Positions 51,052 to 60,948 of a DNA stretch of 62,711 nucleotides are shown piece after piece; the first letter of the stretch is position 1, and every line of letters starts with the position of its first letter. The notes under the pieces were generated by a model. That model was not told the origin of the DNA. It did no database searches and worked only from the letters and a program-made list of their open reading frames with translations. This DNA is from Chitinophagaceae bacterium (lineage in GTDB: Bacteria > Bacteroidota > Bacteroidia > Chitinophagales > Chitinophagaceae), in NCBI GenBank assembly GCA_947452925.1, contig CANGFK010000001.1, forward strand, positions 1-62,711. The letters run 5' to 3'. The translations under genes were made by a program, and so were the position numbers.

Positions 51052-51282
51052 TTATTTAGCAAGCATAGTAAGTTGTCCTTTCTTGAACTTGTAAGTAACA
51101 AACAAGATAGCAGTTGCAACAAACAGGATAGTCATATTAGGATCTAATGGAACTTCAGGTGATGAATCGCTTGTAGTACCACCATCTACTGGACCACCTT
51201 GTGCATTTGCAATTGTTGCCGTTGCAACCATCAAAATTGTAGCTACTGCTACTTTTGAAAATTTTAAAATTGTTTTTTTCAT
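51052..51282 (-). CDS. PID-CTERM-like exosortase target micro-protein
   Basis: Signal peptide ANA|Q, ~17-aa G/S/T/D-rich core, then VPLD + TM helix + YKFKK basic tail; an exosortase lies 2 kb downstream. Confidence 0.8.
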   Translation of the reverse strand: MKKTILKFSKVAVATILMVATATIANAQGGPVDGGTTSDSSPEVPLDPNMTILFVATAILFVTYKFKKGQLTMLAK

Positions 51283-51355
51283 CTTTTATTTATTTTAAAC
51301 TTTAAGTAAAAAAGAACCAACAGCAACTCAATTGCTGCTGTTGGCTAATTATTAA

Positions 51356-54300
51356 TTATTTAACTTGTAAAACAGTACTGTAAACTACTTTACTGTTATT
51401 GCTTACAGCAACAGTATAGTTACCTGCAGTCAAAGAACCTACTTTCAAACTTTGAATGCTAGTTGCACCATCAATTTGAGAAGTAAACACTTTCTGACCC
51501 AATAGATTGTAAACAACTACACTGTATTTTCCAGCAGAAAGTTTGCCAGTAGAAAGGTGCAATGTGTTACCAACTAATGGATTAGGGAAAACACCAATAG
51601 AAGAAGCAATTGGAGCAACAACTGATTTTGCAGAGAATACGATGGCAAAACGTGTTGCATTAGATGCTGTGAACGTTACGTTTGTACCTTCTGATTTTAT
51701 TTCAGTTGTAGCATTTGTGTTTCTATCCAACAAATAAGCAGTTAAACCTTCAAGTTTAAAGTCAGCAGAAGCTAAATTTAGTTTGTATGAAGTTCCTTCA
51801 GCAAGTTGGCTAAGAGCCAAGTTGATTGTATCGTTTGCAGTTAGGTTATTGTAACCAGCAATTGCAAATGATTTGCTGCCTTCTAAAACAGAAAGGTTAT
51901 CAGAAGCGTTAGCAAATTTGTTAACACCACGGTTAGCGGCTAGTGCTTTATTAACCACCAATTTGATACCATCAGCTTTTACAAATCCAACTTCAGTGTT
52001 CTTATACAAAGAAACATACAAGCTTTTTGAAGCAGAAGCACCAAATAAACCATACTGTTTTCTTGAGTTGTTAGCAGCTTTGTGGGCTTCCTTGATAGTG
52101 AATGAACCAGTAGCTCCACTACCATCATTCTGAACAAAGAATGCTTGACCAGGCATGATATATCTTGCATTAACACCATCAACACTTGCTCCAAAAATTG
52201 GATCATAAGTAACATAGAAACTCAATGCACCGATAGAACCAACACTATTTGTAGAATCATTACGAGTAATGAAATTGTACGCAAGATTTAGCTTAGAAGC
52301 AGCATAAGAGGCATCATTAATAACAGCATCCCAATCAAGCGGAGCTAAATAAGGATTACCAATCATACTGTAACCATTCAAGGCAGCATTCAAGCTATTT
52401 GTAGTATTGTACACTACATTACCAGTTACCAATGTACCAGTAGCTCTCAAGGTAGTTTTGTTAACCATGAAGTATGGAGATAATCCAGTAGCTGCAATGT
52501 TAAAGCCCCTGTCACCTCTTACCAACGCACGGTATCCATAATGGTAATCAAGATTTGCTAAAGCACCACTCTTAGTGTATTGACTGTTAGCACTGCTGTA
52601 CGCAGACCAAACACCATTTCTGTAAGAATAAGCAGAAGCACTAGCACTACTTGTATAGTCTAAACCAGAAACAGCATCTGCTGTACCTGCAGTACCCTTA
52701 ACACCAGTGATAAATATACCATAACCAGCAGTTTTATTACCGCCTTCTTGCCAGTTTGTATAGATTGTACCACCATTAGTGTTAACACCAGGTGTTAAAT
52801 CGCGATAAGCACGGAAACCAGCAGGAATAAAACGCTCAGCTACTACATTTCCAGAAACACTACCATTAGCAACTACATCAACGATAGCAGTACTATCCAA
52901 TGAAGTTGATTTAATAGTTAAATAACCATTTGAAGCCAAAGTACCCTTAGTCAAAATCAACTTGTTAAGTACTTTTAATGAATCAGAACCAGTATTCGTA
53001 ATTGTACCATTACTGTTAATTTCCAATACACCTATTGAACCATTACCAGCCAAGTTTGCACCTGTACCTGTCAAAGTCAATTTCTTGGCAGCTAAATAAG
53101 AACCTGCACCTGTAATAACACCATTGTTTGTAATGCTACCGCTAAAAGTTGTATTATCTGTTAGATTGATTGTACCATTATTAATAATGTCATTAGCGAA
53201 AACACCATTAAAGCTAACGCTGTTACCAGAATTAACGATAAATGCAGATCCGTAAACCACTGTACCACCATTGTTGATGATAGTACCACCATTCAAGTAA
53301 AGATTACCTGTGATAGTTAAAGTAACACCAGAATTGATAGTTAAAGTACCACCATTCAAAGTAACATTATTATAAGTAAGATCACTAGAAACAGTAGAAG
53401 CATCACCAGTTGGAACAGTTAAGTCATAACTGTTAGCACTCAAAACACCATTGAAAATGGTATCTGTAAAGTTATAGTTAACCAAAGCTGGAGAGCTAGT
53501 AGCTGGACGATAATCTGGACTAGTGAAGTTGTAAGGATTAACCAAGATACCAGTTGTAGAAACCAATGAATCGTTATGGTTATCCGCAAACCAAGTATAA
53601 ATGGTAGGGAATACAGAAGTATTTCCTGGTTCAATTACCTGACCTGCTACGTTACCAGCTAATAGGTTATTGCTAAAACGCATAGAACCAGAAAGAGCAG
53701 CTGCAGAAGTAGGAACTGTACCATTATTGTCTACAAATAGACCACGTGGGTAATCCATCATCACGCAGTTAAGTACCCTTAACCTTGAGTTACGACGGAT
53801 ACGTGCATTTCTTCTGAATGCAGGATAAATTGCAGATTGATTAGCAGCAGATGCATTTCCACGTAATGGCCCAATGAAAGTTACGTTAGTGAAAATGGCA
53901 CTTGTATAAGGAGTGTTTGCAGAACCAGCTGCATCATTATCAGATTCAAAACCTTCTGAAGTTGAACCACCAGAAACGTTCCAAGTAGCATCACCAATTT
54001 GTGGATCACGAACACCTAACAAGAATTGACAAGTACCAGAGAAACCATTATCTGTATCAAATTCATCATCAACACCTCTATAAGAGATAAGGTGAGAACA
54101 GTTTACATTACCACCAAACCATTCGAAAGCATCATCATTAGCAAAAGAAGATTGAACATAATCTACTGTAGTACCACGACCAACACCACCAAAGGTTACG
54201 CCGTTGATTTCTTTGTTTGGTTGGAAAACATAACCACCAAATTCAACACGTACATATTTAATGATACCAGAGTTATCATCAGGATTAGTACCACCATAAG

Positions 54301-56167
54301 CAGTAGTATCGGTAGCTACGATACCTTCAATGTTGTTTGAACCCGCAGCAACGTTAATTGGTGCTTGACCCAAAATAATCAAACCACCCCAATCGCCAGG
54401 AGCACGGCTACCAGCAGGTTTGTTTGAAGTGAATACGATTGGCGCATTAACAGTACCAACTGCATTTAATTTTGCACCTTTTGTAATTACAAGTGAAGTG
54501 TTTGCGACATTGAAATCACCACGAATTACAGTACCAGCTTCGATAGTTAAAGTAGCACCATTCATTACATATACTAAACCTTGAATTAGGTAAGTGTTGT
54601 TTTTAGTCCAAGTAGTGTTTGATGTAATAGCACCTTTAACAGTAACTGTTGTAGCAGGATAAACTGTATTATTAGGATCCCAGTTAGCCCAACCTGTAGT
54701 CCACATTGCTGTAGGAGCTGGCGCAAAAGCTCCACGGTAATCTACTTTTTTAATAACGTTTTTGTTAGTAGCTTCAGTGATTACATAAGGAGCTATCAAT
54801 GAATTGGTGAAATCAGCACCAGAAAGTGCGATAGAACCAGTTGCAGGACGGAAATCAGGATTTGTCCAGTCGTAAGGTCTTGTTAATAAACCTGATGTAG
54901 AAACCAATGAATCATTATGATTTGAAGCAAACCAAGAATAGATTGTTGGGAAAACTGATGTGTTGTTTGGTTCAATAACTTGACCAGCAACGTTACCTGC
55001 TAAGATGTTATTTGCAAAAATCATTGTTCCAGCTAATGCATTAGCAGAAGTTGGAGCAGTACCATTGTTATCAACAAATAAACCACGAGGGTAATCCATC
55101 ATAACACAGTTGATAACCTTTAATTCAGAATTACGACGGATACGTGCGTTTCTTCTGAAAGCTGGATAGATAGCAGCTTGATTGGTTGAAGACGCATCAC
55201 CACGTAATGGCCCAACAAATGTAATGTTACTAAAAATAGCACTTGTTTTTGGTGTGTTAGTTGAACCGGTTGCATCGTTATCAGATTCGAAACCTTCGGA
55301 AGTAGAACCACCAGAAACGTTCCAAGTAGCATCACCAAGTTGAGGGTCACGAACTCCTAAACAAAACTGAACTGTTCCGCTAAAGCCGTTATCTGTATCA
55401 AATTCATCATCAATACCTCTATAAGAAATAAGGTGAGAACAGTTTACTGTACCACCAAACCACTCGAAAGCATCATCATTAGCATAAGAAGATTGTACAT
55501 AATCGATGGTAGTACCACGACCAACACCACCAAAAGTAAAACCATTGATTTCTTTGTTTGGTTGGAAAACGTAACCACCAAATTCGCAACGTACATACTT
55601 TAATGTACCAGAGTTATCGTTAGGATCTGTACCACCATATGCAGTAGTATCAGTTGCTACGATACCTTCAATGTTGTTAGTGCCTCCACTTACGTTAATT
55701 GGAGCTTTGCCCAACAAAATAACACCACCCCAATCGCCAGGAGCACGGCTACCAGCAGGCTTGTTTGAAGTGAATACAATTGGCGAACCAGCAGTACCAA
55801 CTGCATATACTTTAGAACCTTTGGTAATAACCAAAGAAGTGTTAGCAACATTAAAATCACCACGGATAACAGTACCTGCATCAATGGTCAATGTTGCATT
55901 GTTCATTACATACACCAAACCTTGCAAAAGGTAAACGGTGTCTTTACTCCAACGAGTGTCTTTTGTGATGGCACCTTTAACTGTTCTAGTTGCAGTACCA
56001 TACACTGTGTTTTGAGGGTCCCAATTGGCCCAACCTTTTGTCCACATTTCTGTGGGAGATGGTGCAAATGCTCCACGGTAATTAACCGATTTAAGGAACT
56101 GCACCTGTGCATTGCCGCTAATTGCTGCTAGCAAAAGCACGAAGCCGAGAAAATTTTTCTTCATCAT
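51356..56167 (-). CDS. Large T9SS-secreted surface protein with two tandem ~440-aa beta-helix-like repeats
   Basis: Signal peptide; duplicated YRGAFAP...PGDWGG...DNSG..KYVR.EFGG...DDAFEWFGG...GFESDND; CTD VFPNP. Confidence 0.9.
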   Translation of the reverse strand: MMKKNFLGFVLLLAAISGNAQVQFLKSVNYRGAFAPSPTEMWTKGWANWDPQNTVYGTATRTVKGAITKDTRWSKDTVYLLQGLVYVMNNATLTIDAGTVIRGDFNVANTSLVITKGSKVYAVGTAGSPIVFTSNKPAGSRAPGDWGGVILLGKAPINVSGGTNNIEGIVATDTTAYGGTDPNDNSGTLKYVRCEFGGYVFQPNKEINGFTFGGVGRGTTIDYVQSSYANDDAFEWFGGTVNCSHLISYRGIDDEFDTDNGFSGTVQFCLGVRDPQLGDATWNVSGGSTSEGFESDNDATGSTNTPKTSAIFSNITFVGPLRGDASSTNQAAIYPAFRRNARIRRNSELKVINCVMMDYPRGLFVDNNGTAPTSANALAGTMIFANNILAGNVAGQVIEPNNTSVFPTIYSWFASNHNDSLVSTSGLLTRPYDWTNPDFRPATGSIALSGADFTNSLIAPYVITEATNKNVIKKVDYRGAFAPAPTAMWTTGWANWDPNNTVYPATTVTVKGAITSNTTWTKNNTYLIQGLVYVMNGATLTIEAGTVIRGDFNVANTSLVITKGAKLNAVGTVNAPIVFTSNKPAGSRAPGDWGGLIILGQAPINVAAGSNNIEGIVATDTTAYGGTNPDDNSGIIKYVRVEFGGYVFQPNKEINGVTFGGVGRGTTVDYVQSSFANDDAFEWFGGNVNCSHLISYRGVDDEFDTDNGFSGTCQFLLGVRDPQIGDATWNVSGGSTSEGFESDNDAAGSANTPYTSAIFTNVTFIGPLRGNASAANQSAIYPAFRRNARIRRNSRLRVLNCVMMDYPRGLFVDNNGTVPTSAAALSGSMRFSNNLLAGNVAGQVIEPGNTSVFPTIYTWFADNHNDSLVSTTGILVNPYNFTSPDYRPATSSPALVNYNFTDTIFNGVLSANSYDLTVPTGDASTVSSDLTYNNVTLNGGTLTINSGVTLTITGNLYLNGGTIINNGGTVVYGSAFIVNSGNSVSFNGVFANDIINNGTINLTDNTTFSGSITNNGVITGAGSYLAAKKLTLTGTGANLAGNGSIGVLEINSNGTITNTGSDSLKVLNKLILTKGTLASNGYLTIKSTSLDSTAIVDVVANGSVSGNVVAERFIPAGFRAYRDLTPGVNTNGGTIYTNWQEGGNKTAGYGIFITGVKGTAGTADAVSGLDYTSSASASAYSYRNGVWSAYSSANSQYTKSGALANLDYHYGYRALVRGDRGFNIAATGLSPYFMVNKTTLRATGTLVTGNVVYNTTNSLNAALNGYSMIGNPYLAPLDWDAVINDASYAASKLNLAYNFITRNDSTNSVGSIGALSFYVTYDPIFGASVDGVNARYIMPGQAFFVQNDGSGATGSFTIKEAHKAANNSRKQYGLFGASASKSLYVSLYKNTEVGFVKADGIKLVVNKALAANRGVNKFANASDNLSVLEGSKSFAIAGYNNLTANDTINLALSQLAEGTSYKLNLASADFKLEGLTAYLLDRNTNATTEIKSEGTNVTFTASNATRFAIVFSAKSVVAPIASSIGVFPNPLVGNTLHLSTGKLSAGKYSVVVYNLLGQKVFTSQIDGATSIQSLKVGSLTAGNYTVAVSNNSKVVYSTVLQVK

Positions 56168-56187
56168 TTAACAATTTAGTTAAGATG

Positions 56188-56260
56188 CAAAACTATCCGG
56201 CCAGCATTAAGGAATTGTTAGGCTTAGATTAAGGAATTATTAATAAATTGTTACCAAATA
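56188..56260 (-). promoter_or_regulatory. -7 promoter element plus five 11-bp-periodic boxes
   Basis: TAGTTTTG (56188-56195, minus strand); RTTA-initial 11-mers at 56206, 56217, 56228, 56239, 56250. Confidence 0.65.
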
Positions 56261-56438
56261 TCATTGACTATAAAAATATATTCAATAAATAAGACCAATT
56301 GTTTATAACTACACGATTATTACACATTTGGCAGATTAATTCAATGTTTTAGCAAACATTTTTAAAATAAAATGCACTCTTTTTATGACTCATTAACCTA
56401 TCGATAAATAACCTGTTGCAGCAAGTGCCAATTGGTTT

Positions 56439-57566
56439 CTATCTGATGATGAAAGGCTCTTGATGCAAGATTGAATGTTCTGATGAAATGATTAAAAAAT
56501 AGGTTCCTCTAGCAATAGTATTCATTATAGGAATAGAAACAGTATTATCACCTGCAACAACCTTTTGTGTTTTTTTCAATATCAAATTGCCAGTTACACC
56601 GACAATGGCTATAGAACAAACCTTATTTTGATTAGCTGAAAAAACCAATTTAATTAAGCTATTTTTTTCAACAGGATTTGGATACATCCTAAATTTTTCA
56701 AGATGTGTAGCAGGACCTATTACTTTTATTCTACTAAAACTCGATGAGCCATCTTTTGCCACATACCTAATTCGATAGGAAAACGTGGCGTTACTTCCTT
56801 CAGTCCTATCAACATAAGTATATCTATTCTTAGAAACCAAAGGATATTTTACATTTATGCTATCAAAATCAACAAACAAACCATCATCAACTTTCCTCTG
56901 AATAACATAACCACTAAGCAGCCCTTCATCGCCAAAAGACCAATCTAACTGAATCTCATTGTCTGATTTTCTAGAGACCTCAAACTGTTCAATAACAATT
57001 GGTAAAGCCCCAATGGTAGTGGCTACCGAATCATTATATACATAATCGCCCTTCACGGTTCCATCTCCATTACATGCATTCCCACAAAAATAAAAAGTGA
57101 TAGGCAACTGATCCGAAGTTGGGGCTGTTACAGGGGCATTCCATGTAAACCCACTGATAGTAGTTTGGTTTGTAGGTGCTAGATCCTGTGGGAGGTGAGA
57201 AGTTAGCTCCCCCGCATTTATGGTAGAGTTAGCATTGCTGGTACTAAATGTTCCATAAGGATTGCCCAATGCATCCAATGCAGCTACATCATATCCAAAC
57301 TTTTTTCTATCACTGGCAAAGTGTTTAATATTGATACTAAATGGATAGGATTGACCCACTATAAAGTTTGCAGGGATACCTGTCAAGCCTATTTCCCCTC
57401 CCGCCATGTTTGTCTGATAGCTACTATGACAGAATTGACAGGTATAAGCATTAGGTGCACCTGTGCAATTGGTTGGGGGAAAATTTGAACTCGTCACCCG
57501 CTTCATGTTTGATTGTAAAACAAACATCGCAAATATCAAAACACAAACAGTTACCCCCTTTTTCAT
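56439..57566 (-). CDS. Reeler/choice-of-anchor V-like T9SS protein with CxxCH
   Basis: TGAP..TCQFCH, FTWNAP, GNACNGDG...GDYVY, LPIVI Ig-like domain, CTD MYPNP. Confidence 0.8.
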   Translation of the reverse strand: MKKGVTVCVLIFAMFVLQSNMKRVTSSNFPPTNCTGAPNAYTCQFCHSSYQTNMAGGEIGLTGIPANFIVGQSYPFSINIKHFASDRKKFGYDVAALDALGNPYGTFSTSNANSTINAGELTSHLPQDLAPTNQTTISGFTWNAPVTAPTSDQLPITFYFCGNACNGDGTVKGDYVYNDSVATTIGALPIVIEQFEVSRKSDNEIQLDWSFGDEGLLSGYVIQRKVDDGLFVDFDSINVKYPLVSKNRYTYVDRTEGSNATFSYRIRYVAKDGSSSFSRIKVIGPATHLEKFRMYPNPVEKNSLIKLVFSANQNKVCSIAIVGVTGNLILKKTQKVVAGDNTVSIPIMNTIARGTYFLIISSEHSILHQEPFIIR

Positions 57567-57574
57567 GTTTATAA

Positions 57575-60556
57575 TTAAAACTTATAGGTGATACTAGCAG
57601 AAATTACCCTACCAAAACCAGCTCTAGAAAATACCCTATCCTTATTAGAATCGTACTTTCCATTATTATCAATATCATAGAAACGAAGAAAGTCTTTAGC
57701 AAGAATATCTTTTACATTTAACTTAACTTCTATGTTTTGCTTTTCAAATGTTTTTGCCAATTGCAAGTCCAAAACCTGTCTTCCGTTCTCAAAAATGGCA
57801 GCGTTGTCTGTTCCTGGTCCAATAAATACTCTAGGAGCTGAATAATTCATTTGTAATGTTCCACTATACCCTTTGGTGTCCTGATAAGTTACACCAGCAT
57901 TGTAGATATAAGGTGATTGCCCCTGCATCGAACGTCTACCACCATAAATCACTGAATCTTTACCAAAAGAAACCTCCGAATTAATGATTGCTGCATTGCC
58001 AAATAAAGTCGTGTGCGATAAAAAACTAGAACTGCTTGATTTAAAAGTTGAACCTATATTAGCCCTGCACTCAAACTCAATACCCTTTATTTTACCTCCA
58101 ACAGCATTAATATATTTTGCATCACTATTAGGTGTAATTACAAACTCAATTGGATTGGGAATGTTTTTTTGAAAAAGGGATAATGATAATAATTGACCTC
58201 CCGTAGGATAAAACTCATACCTACAATCATAGTTTTCAATTTTCACACGTTCTAATTCAGGAGTACCATTTATCGACAATCTCGTAACATAATCATAGAA
58301 GATGAAAGGAGCCAACTCTCTATACTCCGGTCTGTTTAAGGTTTGCGAATAAGAAAAACGAAGGTTTTGTTTTGAGTTTAATGAAAGAATTAAATTAGCA
58401 GAAGGTAGATTATCTGTAATTGTAGTGTTTATACTTTTAGTTGAGGAGGTTAGTATTTGATCAAACTTTTCAACCCGTAAACCACCATTCAATCTGATGA
58501 ACTTTAAAAAACGCGTATCAAGCATTAGATAATAAGCATTCAAATTAGAAGAAGCGGTATAAGCATTATCCGGATTAATATCCTCACTCAATCCAAAACC
58601 ATATTTCCCATTTTTTTGCATTCCAAAATTACTACTATTAAATACTGTATTTTCTGGTAATGTTAAAAGCGAATTATCAAATGTTGACCAATTGCCCAAT
58701 TGAATCACAGACAAATAGCGCGCACTAAAGTCTCTGCTTCTGCCTTGGATGTATACACCAGCTTTCAGTTGTATAGTATTAAAATTATCAATCCTGAACA
58801 TCCGTAAAAAATCTGCTCCAACGCTTCTAATATTCTCTTTTGTAGAAGAAGTGAAAATTGACCCACTAGACTCATGATTAGAAATACTAGACTCAGTCGA
58901 AACAGATTGTGAAACTACACTCGGATCAGAATTGGAATAATAACTACCAGTCTTTCTTAAATTAGGAATTTCCCTGTCAGATGAAGTATAACCACCAGTC
59001 CAGTTAATTTTAATTTTAGCCTGTTTCCAAAAATGCTCTCCTCCCAATTGTGACGAAAAAATGGTATTAGAAGTAAACCATTGTGCCTTAGAAAGCGTAG
59101 TAAATTCGCCTGTGTTTTCAGCATCTCCTACCCTGTCAATAATCCGATCATCTGAATTAACACTAAACAAATTTTTAAAGCTTATCTTATTATTCTCATT
59201 CAATTTCAAAGAAATGTTTCCCATCAATCCAGCTAACACTTGTGTACTGTAAATCTTCTCCGAAAATACAGATTGATACGTACTTGTTGAAACATTTGTT
59301 CCATTAAAAGACTTTTTCTCCCCATCTGTCATGTTGAAAGTCTTATTGTAAGTGGCAGATAGAAGCACCCCAAGAAAATCCTTTTCTTTCCTTTGAATAT
59401 TCCAGCCTTTCACGTATTGCATATTATAGTTCATCGGTGCTTTACCACTATTGGTAGCCCAATTATTATTCAACGATTGACCAAGGTTCCCCTTTTCATC
59501 AGTAGTCAAGTTCTTTAAATTTGTAGAAGGAATATTAGAAGGCAATTTTCTTTTCCCATCATCTAGTCCAAGCCAATCCAATCCGCCAGGTTGTTCATAC
59601 TTTCTTTCTTTAAATGTCGCCATCGTATTATACCCTAAGCCAAAAGAAAGACTCTGAAAACTTTTTGCAGGAATATCTTTTGTATTTATAAAAATCAATC
59701 CTCCCGCAAACTCTCCAGGCATATCAGGGGTAGCCGTTTTTACAATTATCAGATTGTCCAACATGTTAGCAGGAAACACATCAAAGGAAAATGCCTTTCT
59801 ATCACTTTCCGAACTAGGCAAGGGCGCATTATTAATAAACGCAGCATTATAACGGTCATTCAATCCTCGGATAATTACAAACTTATCTTCCTGTATACTT
59901 GCCCCACTCACACGCTTCATAATGTCAGATGTGGTTTTATCTGGTGTACGCTTTATAGCCTCAGCAGAAATACCATCACTCACACTTGCTGCATTCTTTT
60001 GCTGAATCAACAAAGCCGAAACACTTTCTTTAATTCTTCCTGCACCTTTTGTACTTACTACTACTTCATCTAGGTTTTTACCCTTCGACTCTTCTAATAC
60101 AATATCCTGTGTAGTAACATCCTTTCTAATTACCTTAATGTCTTCCAATTGTTTCTTTCCGTAGCTAAGATGTGAAACCGTCAGGGTATAAACACCTTCT
60201 GGCAATTCACCAACAGAATAAATACCATTATAGTCCGAACGTGTACTTCTAGTTACCCCCCCATTTTTCAATGTAATATTCGCTCCAGAAATAGGTTCTC
60301 CTGTTTTTGCATTAATTATTTTACCAGTAATTTTTCCTGTCACCCCCACAGCTTTTTCCTTTCCTGCAACAACCCCCACTGATGCTATTTTGGGCGTAGT
60401 ATCAGTTAAATTTTCAGATACATTAGACAAAATAGCACGACCAGATGTCGATTTTTCATGCACACCTGTCAATACAGAATTTACTGTTTTATGCTTCTGT
60501 ATTCCCATCGTTAAAAAAACCGAATAAGTAGCAATTGTAATTAAACCCTTAACCAT
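57575..60556 (-). CDS. TonB-dependent receptor with N-terminal carboxypeptidase-regulatory-like domain
   Basis: GKITGKI...GEPISGA, VSDGISAEAIKRTPD, IRGLNDRYN, KTATPDMPGEFAGG, RPEYRELAPF, terminal YKF. Confidence 0.92.
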   Translation of the reverse strand: MVKGLITIATYSVFLTMGIQKHKTVNSVLTGVHEKSTSGRAILSNVSENLTDTTPKIASVGVVAGKEKAVGVTGKITGKIINAKTGEPISGANITLKNGGVTRSTRSDYNGIYSVGELPEGVYTLTVSHLSYGKKQLEDIKVIRKDVTTQDIVLEESKGKNLDEVVVSTKGAGRIKESVSALLIQQKNAASVSDGISAEAIKRTPDKTTSDIMKRVSGASIQEDKFVIIRGLNDRYNAAFINNAPLPSSESDRKAFSFDVFPANMLDNLIIVKTATPDMPGEFAGGLIFINTKDIPAKSFQSLSFGLGYNTMATFKERKYEQPGGLDWLGLDDGKRKLPSNIPSTNLKNLTTDEKGNLGQSLNNNWATNSGKAPMNYNMQYVKGWNIQRKEKDFLGVLLSATYNKTFNMTDGEKKSFNGTNVSTSTYQSVFSEKIYSTQVLAGLMGNISLKLNENNKISFKNLFSVNSDDRIIDRVGDAENTGEFTTLSKAQWFTSNTIFSSQLGGEHFWKQAKIKINWTGGYTSSDREIPNLRKTGSYYSNSDPSVVSQSVSTESSISNHESSGSIFTSSTKENIRSVGADFLRMFRIDNFNTIQLKAGVYIQGRSRDFSARYLSVIQLGNWSTFDNSLLTLPENTVFNSSNFGMQKNGKYGFGLSEDINPDNAYTASSNLNAYYLMLDTRFLKFIRLNGGLRVEKFDQILTSSTKSINTTITDNLPSANLILSLNSKQNLRFSYSQTLNRPEYRELAPFIFYDYVTRLSINGTPELERVKIENYDCRYEFYPTGGQLLSLSLFQKNIPNPIEFVITPNSDAKYINAVGGKIKGIEFECRANIGSTFKSSSSSFLSHTTLFGNAAIINSEVSFGKDSVIYGGRRSMQGQSPYIYNAGVTYQDTKGYSGTLQMNYSAPRVFIGPGTDNAAIFENGRQVLDLQLAKTFEKQNIEVKLNVKDILAKDFLRFYDIDNNGKYDSNKDRVFSRAGFGRVISASITYKF

Positions 60557-60649
60557 AAAAATTATTTTTCGTTAGCTTTTTTAATATGACAAAGCCTAAA
60601 AGAGACAGCTAGTTTAACTGTTACTAAATACTTTTTCTAAAATCCGGGG

Positions 60650-60711
60650 CGAAACTAGAGCATTGATCAAAACTTTTTTTGGATGTTGGATTAACAAATT
60701 GTTACCAATTC
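60650..60711 (-). promoter_or_regulatory. -7-like element plus two 11-bp boxes matching 56239-56257
   Basis: TAGTTTCG (60650-60657, minus strand); attaacaaattgttaccaa at 60690-60708. Confidence 0.6.
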
Positions 60712-60948
60712 AACCTCACTTTTTGCGATGATTCTATCAAGGAAAATATTTTTCCAACGTGTAAATCCCTGAAACACACTGTCAATATACATTCTAGCAC
60801 ACTGCACACTTGCACAAAACGAAGAATATAAAATCGTTCTTATCCTAGCTCAAGAAAAAATGCATGTCGGCTGATATCAGGACGCCTCACACATTAAGTA
60901 AATTTATTCAACACTTATAAATTTGCATTAAGCTCATAAATTTGCACT

